Made by a program: the position numbers and the translations under genes. A stretch of 48,797 nucleotides of DNA. It comes from Planctomycetota bacterium (GTDB lineage Bacteria; Planctomycetota; B15-G4; JAXMBY01). This document shows, piece by piece, positions 10,081-19,448 of this stretch (its first letter is position 1; each line of letters opens with the position of its first letter). The notes beneath the pieces are model-generated. The model saw nothing but the letters and a program-made list of their open reading frames with translations. It had not been told where the DNA came from and ran no database searches. The stretch lies in the NCBI GenBank assembly GCA_046349655.1, contig JAXMBY010000051.1:1-48797 (forward strand). The letters are read 5' to 3'.

Positions 10081-10382
10081 GTGATTCCTCGCTCGGGTTG
10101 CCGGGACTGCTGCTGGTGACGGCCAAGCCAGGCCAGCACGTTCAGGGTCTTGGTGATGAGCTGTGACGGACGCGCGCCGATGTCGTGGGACGCGCCCTTG
10201 ACCCGTACCATCAACGTGTCGACGCGGCGAAGAGCGCAGGATTGGTGAGGAAGCTCTGGTGGAGCGGCCTCGTCGAGGAGATCGATCCGATGCGCGCCGG
10301 TGATGGCGGCCGCCGCCCAGGTGCTCTTCCCGACGCCGCGGGGACCGAACGGAAGAAAGCTCCGAGCCGGGGCACGGATCAT
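10062..10382 (-). pseudogene. Truncated remnant of an AAA+ ATPase (AAA_14/DUF4143-type 'ATP-binding protein')
   Basis: MIRAPARSFLPFGPRGVGKSTW...RIDLLDEA matches the N-terminal ~60 aa of this family (P-loop GPRxVGKST, then YIDLLDE). Only ~100 aa remain where full-length members are ~380-400 aa. Its 3' end overlaps the hydrolase start. Confidence 0.35.
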
Positions 10383-10517
10383 CCGCTTGTAGATCGGCTG
10401 CTCACCACGCCGTCACTTTATCATGCAAGATGACGGCGTGGTATGCAGTGTTTCGAAGTGGCGCCCCTCGTCGACTTCCACCAGCGTCGGCTCCCAAGGA
10501 GTGCCGCCCACGACGGG

Positions 10518-12539
10518 TTACTGGACGCGCAGCGGCGCGGCGAACGGCTTGATCCCCAGCGCCTCGTGCACTTCGCTCGGGTAGTAGGCCACGTCGCCCT
10601 TGACGACCAGCACCACCTTGCGGATGTCCGAGATGTCCTTCGTCGGATCGCCGTCGGTGAGGATGAGATCGGCGCGCTTGCCCTGCATGACGACGCCGCG
10701 ATCGTCGGCGACGCGCGCGTACTTCGCGCCGTTGTACGTCGCGATCTGCAACACCTGCGCCGGCGTGAGCCCCGCCTCGACATAGAGCTCGAGCTCGCGC
10801 TGCAGCGTGAACCCGGCGATGTCATCCGTGCCGGCCACCAGCGGGATGCCGGCACGGTACATTCGGCCGACGAACTCGATCATCTTCGCGTACGACTTCT
10901 CGTAGCGCGCCGCCGTCGCGTCGTCGGCAATCTTCATCTGCCCCTGCAGGAACGCGCGGCTCACGTCCGGCGGCATGTGGTCTGCCACTGCCGCGAACTC
11001 CTGCGACAGCACGCCGTCGCGCTGGTAGATGAAACTGAACGTGGACAGCGTTGGATCGATCACGGTCTTGCGCTGCTGCAGGAGAGCGATGAAATCCTGC
11101 GCGGGCTTGCTGTCGAAATCGAGGTCGGCGACCTTCTCGGCTGGTAGATAGAAGCGCTCGAGCGTGCGCGTGTCGGTCTTGTCGGTCACCAGGAAGTTGA
11201 GCAGCACCTGGTTGATGTGCTGGACCTCGTCGTAGCCGCCGCGCACCGCCTCCTCGGCGCGCATGAACGCCGGGATGTGGCCGCTGACGCGCAGGCCGCG
11301 GGCATGCGCGTACGCCGCGGTGTCGGATACGATGTCCTTTGGGAAGGAGTTGTAGATCTTGATCTGCGGCCAGCCGTGATCGGCGTACCAATCGACGGCG
11401 CGCTTCGCCTCGTCGAGATTCCTGATGATGATGCCGCTGCGCGACGCATTCGGGCTCTCGCCTTCGATGAAGCCCACCGGCACGATGCGCGACGACAGCA
11501 GCGTGCCCGCCTGCTCCTGCGCCATGATCTGCAGCAGCGTCTCGTTGTCGTTGCCCATGTCGCGGATGGTGGTGACGCCAGCGGCGATGTGGAGGCCGCC
11601 CTGCCAGAAGTCCGTGTGCGCGTGCATGTCGAAGAGACCGGGCAGCAGCACGCGGCCCGCGGCGTCGACGACATGATCGGCCTTGCGCTGCTCCTCGCGC
11701 TCCGCGCTGATCGCGGCGATGCGGCCGTTCATGAGGAGCACGTCGCACGGGCTTCCCACGGTCGCGTGTTCGCTGTCGAAGATGCGCGCACTGCGGATGA
11801 GCGTGACGCCGTCGAGCTTGTGAGACAGGCGCCGGTTGAGATCCACGAGCATTTCCTTCTCGGCGGCTTTCTGCTGCTCCTCGAGCGCGGCGTGGTGCTT
11901 CTCCCAGCCTTCTTCAATCAACGTGAATGCGCCGGGGAAGATGAGGGCGAACAGCCGCGGCGCTGCGCCCGTAGTAGCCCACGCGGTGGTCGGCGTGAAG
12001 CCAATGCCGGTGAGCGCGATGAGCTGCACCTGGCGCTTCTCGGCGCCGTTCACGAGCTCGGTCTCGAGCAACTGCCGCGCGCTCAGCGTGCCGCTCGGAA
12101 GCATCGGGATTCTGCCGTCGGCGCGCTTCGCAAGCGACTGGAATGCGACGTTGAACGTTGCCGGCGTGCCGCCCAGCGAGTTGTAGAGCGCCGGGCCCTC
12201 GACCTTCTGTTCGCCCTTGTCGGACGTCGATTTCCAGCGCACCTGCGAGCCGCTGCGCGTGAACGTCTCGTCGACCGGGGCGCCGTAGGTGGACATGCCG
12301 CCCACGTGATAGCTCGTGAACGTGCGGTCCGCATCGAGCGTGAACTCTTCCTTGAGCTCGGGACCGCGGCCGTTGTCCTTGACGATGTAATCGACGCGCG
12401 ACTGCGCGCCGTCGGTGGTGACCCACATGTGGCCCGCCTTGTCCTTGCCGCCGTTGACCAGTGCGGTGTAGCGAGTGGTTTGGGCCGTGACCGCGGCGCC
12501 GGTGATGAGCACCGCGACGCAGGCGAGGAAGACTCTCAT
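10518..12539 (-). CDS. Amidohydrolase-family metal-dependent hydrolase with a ~240-aa N-terminal beta-rich extension; secreted
   Basis: Signal peptide MRVFLACVAVLITGAAVTAQT. Amidohydrolase motifs PGLFDMHAHTDF (HxH), GHIPAFM, HINQ, VAGTDD. 673-aa ORF. Confidence 0.75.
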   Translation of the reverse strand: MRVFLACVAVLITGAAVTAQTTRYTALVNGGKDKAGHMWVTTDGAQSRVDYIVKDNGRGPELKEEFTLDADRTFTSYHVGGMSTYGAPVDETFTRSGSQVRWKSTSDKGEQKVEGPALYNSLGGTPATFNVAFQSLAKRADGRIPMLPSGTLSARQLLETELVNGAEKRQVQLIALTGIGFTPTTAWATTGAAPRLFALIFPGAFTLIEEGWEKHHAALEEQQKAAEKEMLVDLNRRLSHKLDGVTLIRSARIFDSEHATVGSPCDVLLMNGRIAAISAEREEQRKADHVVDAAGRVLLPGLFDMHAHTDFWQGGLHIAAGVTTIRDMGNDNETLLQIMAQEQAGTLLSSRIVPVGFIEGESPNASRSGIIIRNLDEAKRAVDWYADHGWPQIKIYNSFPKDIVSDTAAYAHARGLRVSGHIPAFMRAEEAVRGGYDEVQHINQVLLNFLVTDKTDTRTLERFYLPAEKVADLDFDSKPAQDFIALLQQRKTVIDPTLSTFSFIYQRDGVLSQEFAAVADHMPPDVSRAFLQGQMKIADDATAARYEKSYAKMIEFVGRMYRAGIPLVAGTDDIAGFTLQRELELYVEAGLTPAQVLQIATYNGAKYARVADDRGVVMQGKRADLILTDGDPTKDISDIRKVVLVVKGDVAYYPSEVHEALGIKPFAAPLRVQ

Positions 12540-12911
12540 TCAAGCTCCGTGACGCATGTTGGGATGGAACCGATGGCACGGAAGCATATCCGCGCTTCGC
12601 TCGCGTGCGCGAGAATTCTGGCGCGTCAGGCGTTCGCCGCCTCGAGCACCAGCAGACGTCGATGAGCGGCCGGTCCGCGGCGAAGCGCACGGTGCAGACA
12701 CGCCGTCTATCGCCGGGCCGTCGCCGGCGGGACCAGGGCGAATTCGGCACGCGGCTGCGCCCGGACGAAGGCCCGCACCGCCGATTCCAGGCGACGGGCG
12801 CGGCCGCGGCGCGCCTCCGCTCGCAGCGCTCCCTTTTTTGGCTGTCAGGAAGCCACGGCTCGGCGGTTTCCATCACCATGAGCGATGTGTGAACCGACGC
12901 AGGAGGTGGCC

Positions 12912-13131
12912 CATGAAGATCGACGCGCTGAAGAAGCTCTTGACGCTGCCGAAGAAGACGCTGGAGCGCTGCACGCGCTCGCATCCCGAAGCCGCGGTCG
13001 TCTGGGACGGGCTGATCGTCAAGGAGTTCATGGAAGCACGCGGGATCGAGAGCGTCACCACCGGTGTGCGCGAGTTCTACGCGTTCAAGCGCCGCGAGAT
13101 CGCCAAGCTCGGCTTGCGCAAGGCGTCGTGA
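12912..13131 (+). CDS. Small hypothetical protein (73 aa)
   Basis: ATG preceded by GGAGGTGG (RBS-like) 5 nt upstream. Sequence MKIDALKKLLTLPKKTLERCTRSHPEAAVVWDGLIVKEFMEARGIESV... has plausible protein-like composition. No family recognised. Confidence 0.4.
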
Positions 13132-13796
13132 GGAGGCGGACGGCTCCACGCACGTGGTCTTCACGCCGCTCGTCTTGCTCGAGCGACTGGCCGCACTGAT
13201 CGCACGAGCTCCTCTGATCAGCAAGACCTACCAGGACTCTGCGAAACCAATTGAAGTTGCGCCGCACCGGTAACTCGGTGCCTTGCCCCCCAAGAACGAC
13301 CTCTGCGAACCCACAGGACGCTATCCCCGCCAATCATCCCGGTCCGGAGCCAACGCACGAAGGGGCGCCGACGCTTGACCACCCCGCCGGAATCGCGCTA
13401 CCCCAGTCCATGCCAGGCCCACAAGCCCCGACTTCGCGGAGCGCGTCGCAAGCCGTATCCGATCTCGCCGAAGTCCATGGCGTGACGACGAAGCGCCTGA
13501 ACGAGCAGGAAACGCGATCGCGAGCATGGCGCGGTCATGCTCGCGAGCGTGTTGAACTTGCCAGTTGCCCGACCCGCGAGCAATCTGGTCGTGCGCTCCT
13601 TCAGCCGATGGCGCCGAGAGATCGCTGCGATCATCCACCGGCTCATGGAGCCAGCCCCCGAGCCACCACGCGAGCCGATCGATTTCCGGCGCCCGGCCGG
13701 GCGAGTAGCCGCCATGCGTGGCGCGCTCTGTCGTGAGCGCATGCGGTCATCTTTGACCGGAGGGAGAAGCCGCGCCGACGACCGTCCTCATCACGG

Positions 13797-14600
13797 GTGC
13801 CGGGCATCGGGCGGGCCACAGCCGAGCTCATGGCCCAACGCGGCTGGCAGGTCGCGGCCACCGCACGCGATCCCACCGCGATGCACGGCTGGGCCACGGC
13901 GCCAAACGTGGCCGTGCTGCCGCTCGACGTCACGCAAGAGGCGAGCATCGCGAGGGCGGTGTCGAGCGTGTTCGATCGGTTCGGCCGCATCGACGTGCTC
14001 GTCAACAATGCCGGCTTCGGCGTGTTCGGTCCACTGGAAGGCGCGACGCAGGAGCAAATCGAGCTGCAGTTTCGCACCAATGTGCTGGGCGCCATTGCCA
14101 TGATCCGGCAGGTGATGCCGATCATGCGGCGCCAACACAGCGGGACGATCGTCAATGTGTCGTCGATCGGCGGCCGCAGCGCGGCGCCGTTCGCGGCACT
14201 GTATCACGCGAGCAAATTCGCGCTCGAGGGACTGTCCGAGTCGTTCCGCTATGAGGCGTCATTGCACGGAGTGCGCGTGAAGCTGGTGGAGCCTGCGCAC
14301 TTCAAGACGGGGTTCATCAGCCGGTCCCTCGTGAGCACGACCCACGCCGAGTACGAAGCGCCGTTTCGCAACTACATGGAATGGGTGCACGAGGAGGATC
14401 GCAAGGCACCAGGACCTGAGCCCGTCGCTCGAGCGATCCTGCACGCGGCGGAAGATCGCTCGGCGCGGCTGCGATATCCCGTGCGAGGCGCCCTGATCCT
14501 GGCGCTCACCAGTTTGCTGCCAGACGCGATGTGGCGCTCGTTGCTCGGCGCCGGCATGACACGACGGCCGAAGCACGCGGTGCGCAATGAAGCCAGCTGA
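13797..14600 (+). CDS. Short-chain dehydrogenase/reductase (SDR), N-terminus disrupted by a frameshift inside the Gly-rich NAD(P)-binding motif
   Basis: SDR hallmarks: VNNAGFG, NVSSIGG, YHASKFALEGL (YxxxK). The expected TGASSGIGRATA motif is split: TTVLITGAG is encoded in frame 2 from 13778, and IGRATAELMAQ continues in frame 0 from GTG 13797. No start codon in frame 2 after the stop at 13751. Confidence 0.7.
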   Translation: MPGIGRATAELMAQRGWQVAATARDPTAMHGWATAPNVAVLPLDVTQEASIARAVSSVFDRFGRIDVLVNNAGFGVFGPLEGATQEQIELQFRTNVLGAIAMIRQVMPIMRRQHSGTIVNVSSIGGRSAAPFAALYHASKFALEGLSESFRYEASLHGVRVKLVEPAHFKTGFISRSLVSTTHAEYEAPFRNYMEWVHEEDRKAPGPEPVARAILHAAEDRSARLRYPVRGALILALTSLLPDAMWRSLLGAGMTRRPKHAVRNEAS

Positions 14601-14964
14601 TGTCGACCTGTTCCTGGCCGGGTTGCCGGCAGACTTGCGAGAGCGCGTGCTGGCGCTGCGCACCGTCATTCGCCGCACCGTTCCCGCTGCGGAAGAGTCG
14701 CTCGTGTGGGGCAGCATCTCGTATCATCGCCCCGCGATCGGCGGCCGCGTGAAGGGCGCCGTGTGCCAGATCGTGGTCAAGCGCGGCGCGGTGCGGATGG
14801 ACTTCATCCACGGCATCCGCCTGCCAGATCCCGCACAGTTGCTCGCAGGAGACGGGGTGTCGAAGCGGTACGTGCGAATCGGCAGCGTCGCCGACGTCAG
14901 GCGGCCCGAGATTGCCGCGCTCATACGGGCGGCGGCGGCGCTCGACCCGGCAGAGTGGGAGTGA
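14587..14964 (+). CDS. DUF1801 (YdhG-like) domain protein
   Basis: 125 aa. ATG 14587 overlaps the SDR stop by 14 nt, so the two are probably co-transcribed. Pattern PADLRERVLALRTVIRRTVPAAEESLVWGSISY...IRIGSVADVRRPEIAALIRAAAAL is typical of DUF1801. Confidence 0.6.
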   Translation: MKPADVDLFLAGLPADLRERVLALRTVIRRTVPAAEESLVWGSISYHRPAIGGRVKGAVCQIVVKRGAVRMDFIHGIRLPDPAQLLAGDGVSKRYVRIGSVADVRRPEIAALIRAAAALDPAEWE

Positions 14965-15025
14965 GCACGGTGCGCTTCCCGACCCTCTTGATACCGGGGC
15001 TGTTGCGAGCTTCCCGTGGCGCGAA

Positions 15026-17536
15026 CTAATCGCCGATGACCAGCTCCAGACCTGGCGTGAAAGAGATGCCCTTCGAGGCTCCTGGGTCGACCTCCAGAGC
15101 TTGGAGGTACAGGACGAGCTCACACGAGCAGGGAGTCGAGCCCGAGAGTGCAACCCCTGCTCCGGGAAGCGACAGGATGAGCACAGTCGATGGACGCACG
15201 AGCAGGTGACCGTCGAGGTTGGTGGGATAATCCACGGCCTCCACGCCAATGAGCAGCGCGGCGAGGGTGGACGAGCCCAGCGAGTTGCCGAGCGTGAGGG
15301 TGATCGGAGCGCATTGCACCGGATTGCCGGCGCTCACGAGCGAGGGCACGCCGTTCGTGCCTGGCCACCCGGATCCGTAGTTCTGCCAGAACGCCGTGGA
15401 GCACGGGACCACTTTGGCCAGAAAGGCATCCTGGACGCCGTTGAACGATGTGTCGTAGGCGGCGGGTGTGGTGACAAAGTCCGCCGACATGGTCTTGCCC
15501 GCGACGATCATCTCGCCCGCTGCATCGCCCGCGACCGCGGTTGCCCACTCGTCGCCCGACCCACCGAGAAACGTCGAATACGTGAGACGGGTGAGATCCG
15601 CGCTCAGTCGTGCTGCGAAGCCATCCCCGACGCCATTGAAAGAGGTGCCATAGGCTCCCGTCGAGGTTGGAAAGCCCGGCGAATACGTGTTCCCCACGAC
15701 GAGAATCGCACCCGTTCCGTCGATCGCGATACCGCGGGCGCAATCCGACCAGGCCCCGCCAAGATAGGTCCCGGCGAGGACGCTGCTGCCGTCGGCACTG
15801 AGCTTCAGCACGAATGCGTCATCGGCGCCGTTGTATGACCGATCGTATGCTCCAGGCGTGGTAGGGAATCCCGACGCGTCCGTCTGGCCCGTGACCACGG
15901 CGGCGCCCGATGCGTCAACGGTGATGGCATGGGAGCTCGAGCAACAGGGGCCAGTGAAGGTCGAGTAGCCAAGGCTCGTGCCATCGGGACTCAGCTTGCT
16001 GATGAACATCTCGTAGTTACCGTTGCCGATCGTGTCATACGCTCCGGGCGTCGTGGGAAAGCCGGCGCCATAGGTCGTGCCGGTCACGAACGCCGCGCCC
16101 GTCGCATCCGCGGCGATGGCGTTGGCCCAATCGTCCCTCGTCCCGCCGAGGAGAGTTCCAAACGCAAGCGTCCTGCCATCGGCACTGAGCTTGGCCACAA
16201 ACGCGTCCTGCCCGCCATTCCAGCTCGTATCGTACGCCCCCGCCGATGTCGGAAAATCGGCGGAGTCCGTGAGCCCCGTGACGAGCGCCGCTCCCGCGGC
16301 GTCCAGGGCGATCCCGCGCGTGAACTCATCGCCGGAGCCGCCGAGAAACGTGGCGAACTGGAGCGCGGAACCGTCCGCGCTCACGCTCGCGAGGAACGCG
16401 TCGGCTCCTCCGCCAAGCGTCGTCTCGTACGCGCCAGGGGTGGCCGGGAAGTCCGCGGAGTTCGTCCAGCCCGTGACCAGCGCGGCACCCGTTGCGTCGA
16501 TCGCGATGCCGGTTGCAGCGTCGTCGGCGAGGCCACCCAGAAACGTCGAGTAGAGCAAGATCGTGCCATCCGCGCTCACCTTGGTCACGAACACATCGCC
16601 GAAATAGCCACCGGTGCCGTTGAAGCTCGTGTCGTACGCTCCGGGCGTGGTTGGGAAGTCGGCAGATTCTGTGTCGCCGGTGACCAGCAGGGCGCCGGTG
16701 GGATCGACGGCAACGGCGGTCGCCACGTCGTCGCCCGTGCCGCCGAGGAACGTCGAGAAGACGAGGCCTGGATCGACGACCAAGGCCAGGTCGTCGCGCC
16801 GGTCCACGACCTCGAAGCCAAAGCGGCTCTCATCAAGCAACCGGAACGAGCAGTCGACTGGCAGGTGCTCGCCCGCCGGTCCGATCTGGTATGTGTGCGG
16901 CCGTTGCTGCTCGAGGCGGCCGGCAGGCGTCTCGATGAGCAGGGCACCGCGCTCGTCGACACAGAGCGCCTCCGAGCCCTCGCAGCGGACGACGATCTGG
17001 TCGAGTTCGGCGCCAGGCCCCAGGATCAGGTCGTACTCGAGCCGGGCCTCGTGCTCTCTCACCATGACGTCCACACCCGCGTAGAGGCCGCGATACCGGA
17101 GGGTCGAGTAGCCGGGAACGTTCGTGCGCCACCTGGACGTGTCCTTGCCGAGGAAGTAATGGTACCGACCGGGGACGGGATCGATGCCGTCCACGACGAC
17201 GTTGCGAGAGGCTCCCTCGAATGTCAGGAAGACGCTCGCTCCGGCGATGGCCTCAGGAGGCGTGGAAGGCTCCTCGGGCTTCGATCGCACGGCCGTCTTC
17301 CCCTCGCGTCGCGTGCGCTCGAGGACGAAGGCGTCGTCGGTGAAGAATGCGGTCCATCCGCTGCGACGCGCATAGAAGCGGACGCGCTCGTCCACCTGGC
17401 CTCGGTTCTCGATGAAAGAGATCGGCAGGTTGTCCAGCGCGTTTGCCGCGGCCTTGGGCCGGAGGTGTGCCTGGTGGGCGGTCGTCGGCACGCAAAACGC
17501 GAACAGCACGGCGCCCATGATCGCGAACGCGTACAT
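15026..17536 (-). CDS. Secreted SBBP-type beta-propeller repeat protein
   Basis: Signal peptide MYAFAIMGAVLFAFCVPTTA. ~10 tandem ~50-aa repeats of the form (Y)STFLGGsGdDxAtgIAvDaaGaAlVTGxTxSaDFPTTpGAYDTSfNGgxDAFvaKls. Confidence 0.8.
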   Translation of the reverse strand: MYAFAIMGAVLFAFCVPTTAHQAHLRPKAAANALDNLPISFIENRGQVDERVRFYARRSGWTAFFTDDAFVLERTRREGKTAVRSKPEEPSTPPEAIAGASVFLTFEGASRNVVVDGIDPVPGRYHYFLGKDTSRWRTNVPGYSTLRYRGLYAGVDVMVREHEARLEYDLILGPGAELDQIVVRCEGSEALCVDERGALLIETPAGRLEQQRPHTYQIGPAGEHLPVDCSFRLLDESRFGFEVVDRRDDLALVVDPGLVFSTFLGGTGDDVATAVAVDPTGALLVTGDTESADFPTTPGAYDTSFNGTGGYFGDVFVTKVSADGTILLYSTFLGGLADDAATGIAIDATGAALVTGWTNSADFPATPGAYETTLGGGADAFLASVSADGSALQFATFLGGSGDEFTRGIALDAAGAALVTGLTDSADFPTSAGAYDTSWNGGQDAFVAKLSADGRTLAFGTLLGGTRDDWANAIAADATGAAFVTGTTYGAGFPTTPGAYDTIGNGNYEMFISKLSPDGTSLGYSTFTGPCCSSSHAITVDASGAAVVTGQTDASGFPTTPGAYDRSYNGADDAFVLKLSADGSSVLAGTYLGGAWSDCARGIAIDGTGAILVVGNTYSPGFPTSTGAYGTSFNGVGDGFAARLSADLTRLTYSTFLGGSGDEWATAVAGDAAGEMIVAGKTMSADFVTTPAAYDTSFNGVQDAFLAKVVPCSTAFWQNYGSGWPGTNGVPSLVSAGNPVQCAPITLTLGNSLGSSTLAALLIGVEAVDYPTNLDGHLLVRPSTVLILSLPGAGVALSGSTPCSCELVLYLQALEVDPGASKGISFTPGLELVIGD

Positions 17537-17918
17537 GGCGAGCCTCCGACGGAGAGATGACGGAGAGAGCGTGGGTAGTACACGACCGAGGCTTGCTTTT
17601 CATCTTGGGTCGGCGGCAAGATCGTGTCAAGCGAGGAGCGCTCACGCAGCAGCCTCTGGGGCTTGCTCGATGCGCTGCTACAGCAAGAGCACCGCCATGA
17701 TGCTCGTCGCGTCCGTGATCTCGCCCGACGCGACCATTGCCAGCGCGTGCTTCCAAGGCACGCGTCGCACCGCGAGCACCTCCGTGGGTCGCCGCCGTCG
17801 GTGTGAAATGATCGACGAGGAATCGAAAGGCGCACTCGGAGCCACGCTCATCTGGCTCGATCCCGAGCTTCCCCGCACGGGACTGCGGCGCCAGCTCTTG
17901 CGCGAGACCGCTGCTTGT

Positions 17919-18905
17919 TCAGCCCATGTGCCGCTGCGGATCGCAGGGCGCCTTCGCTGACACCGATTGCAGCCGCGCCGCGGCGGCGGACGAGGCGAGC
18001 AGCGAGGTGACGATCGAGCCACCGAGCAAGACGGCGATGACCGCGAGCGAGACGCCGATCGGCACTTGATAGAGCTCCGACACCAGCATCTTGGCACCGA
18101 CGAACACCAGGATGAGCGCCAGCCCGAGCTTGAGATGGGCGAACCGGTCCACGACCCCCGCAAGCAGGAAGTAGAGCGATCGCAGGCCGAGAATTGCGAA
18201 GATGTTCGACGTGAACACGATGAACGAATCGGAGGTGACGGCGAACACTGCGGGAATCGAGTCGATGGCGAACACCACGTCGGTCACCTCGACCGTCAGC
18301 AGCGCGAGCAGGAGCGGCGTGGCGAAGCGCCGCCCCGCTACCTTCGCCAGGAACGCCGACCCGTGCAACGCGTCGGTGGTGGGAATCAGCCTGCGCAGCA
18401 GACGCACCACCGGATTGCGCTCGGGATGCGGTTCGCGCTTGCGCTCGAGCATCAGCCGGATGCCGGTGAGCGCCAGAACGCCGCCGAACACGTAGATCGC
18501 CCAGTGAAAGGAGCGCAGGAACGCACCCCCCATGAGGATGAAGGCAGCGCGCGAGCCGAGCGCGCCGAGGATACCCCAGAACAGCACCCGGTGCTGATGG
18601 GCCGCAGGGATCCGGAAGTAGCCGAAGATGATCACGAACACGAAGATGTTGTCGACCGACAGGGCCTTCTCGATCAGGTAGCCAGCGCCAAACTCGAGCG
18701 CGCGCTCGGTGCCGTGCCAGTGCCAGACGCCCAGGTTGAAGATCAGCGCGAGCATGACCCAGACCGCGCTCCAGGCGCCGGCTTCGCTCAAGGTGACCGC
18801 GTGCGCGCGGCGATGGAACACGCCGAGATCCAGCGCCAGCATGCACAAGACGAACAGCAGAAAGCCGATCCAGAGCGTCGGCGAGCCAATCGTCGCGGGT
18901 GGCAT
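17919..18905 (-). CDS. TerC-family integral membrane protein
   Basis: Multi-TM protein with the conserved LSVDNIFVFVIIF motif and a second internal repeat (EVTDVVFAIDSIPAV). RBS AGGAAGGA 5 nt upstream of the ATG. Confidence 0.85.
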   Translation of the reverse strand: MPPATIGSPTLWIGFLLFVLCMLALDLGVFHRRAHAVTLSEAGAWSAVWVMLALIFNLGVWHWHGTERALEFGAGYLIEKALSVDNIFVFVIIFGYFRIPAAHQHRVLFWGILGALGSRAAFILMGGAFLRSFHWAIYVFGGVLALTGIRLMLERKREPHPERNPVVRLLRRLIPTTDALHGSAFLAKVAGRRFATPLLLALLTVEVTDVVFAIDSIPAVFAVTSDSFIVFTSNIFAILGLRSLYFLLAGVVDRFAHLKLGLALILVFVGAKMLVSELYQVPIGVSLAVIAVLLGGSIVTSLLASSAAAARLQSVSAKAPCDPQRHMG

Positions 18906-18978
18906 GACGTCCTTCCTGGTCCTCGGCAGACTCGATTCCTACTTTCCCGGGAGGCGCGGTCGTTGCCTCGGGTCGAGC

Positions 18979-19308
18979 TCAGGTCCACTCGCCGGACAGG
19001 CTCGAGCCCCGGAATCGGTCGAGCTTGCGGCTCACGAGCCGGCTCGCGCGGTCGACCGCGACGTCGATCGCGGCGCGCCACCGGGCGTCAGCTTGCGTCA
19101 CGACGATGTCAGCCAGATGGTCGCCAAGGACACGGATCTGGCACTGCTTGTCGATGCCGCCCTTGGGGCCGTTCACGTCGTGCAGGGTGACCGTGACCGC
19201 CGACACGCGGTTGCCCAATCGGGTGAATGCGAACTGCACGCTGCGCTCGGCATGCGCGTGGATCTCCTCGGTCACCTCACCGCGTCTCACTCGCACGTCG
19301 ACTCGCAT
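18979..19308 (-). CDS. HPF/RaiA-family ribosome-associated (hibernation/sigma-54 modulation) protein, short form
   Basis: 109 aa. MRVDVRVRRGEVTEEIHAHAERSVQFAFTRL...VTVTLHDVNGPKGG...IRV fits the fold pattern of HPF/YfiA. Upstream of terC on the same strand. Confidence 0.6.
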   Translation of the reverse strand: MRVDVRVRRGEVTEEIHAHAERSVQFAFTRLGNRVSAVTVTLHDVNGPKGGIDKQCQIRVLGDHLADIVVTQADARWRAAIDVAVDRASRLVSRKLDRFRGSSLSGEWT

Positions 19309-19448
19309 GGCGGCACTCCTCGGTCCGGGCCAGGCATGAATACACGGTCATGACACGACGAGTGCACTTATACGCGCGTGGTAACCAATCGACAATGTCG
19401 AAGTTTCGTTGCAATGGTTCGAGAAAATAAAACTATGATGACGGCGCC
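19309..19448. promoter_or_regulatory. AT-rich divergent promoter/operator region between the hpf-terC gene and the NhaR-like LysR gene
   Basis: 140-bp intergenic segment. It is strikingly AT-rich for this window (cgagaaaataaaactatgatgacgg; ttatacgcgcgtggtaaccaatcgacaatgtcgaagtttcgttgcaatgg). LysR-type regulators typically bind T-N11-A sites in such divergent regions. Confidence 0.5.

Noticed and set aside
18906-18978. Possible yybP-ykoY Mn2+ riboswitch before terC (GGGAAAGUAGG resembles the GGGGAGUAG core)
   Set aside because: Only 73 nt of leader, no UUGUCA-type second conserved block, and I could not assemble the P1 stem. Kept as a low-interest finding for a cmscan check only.
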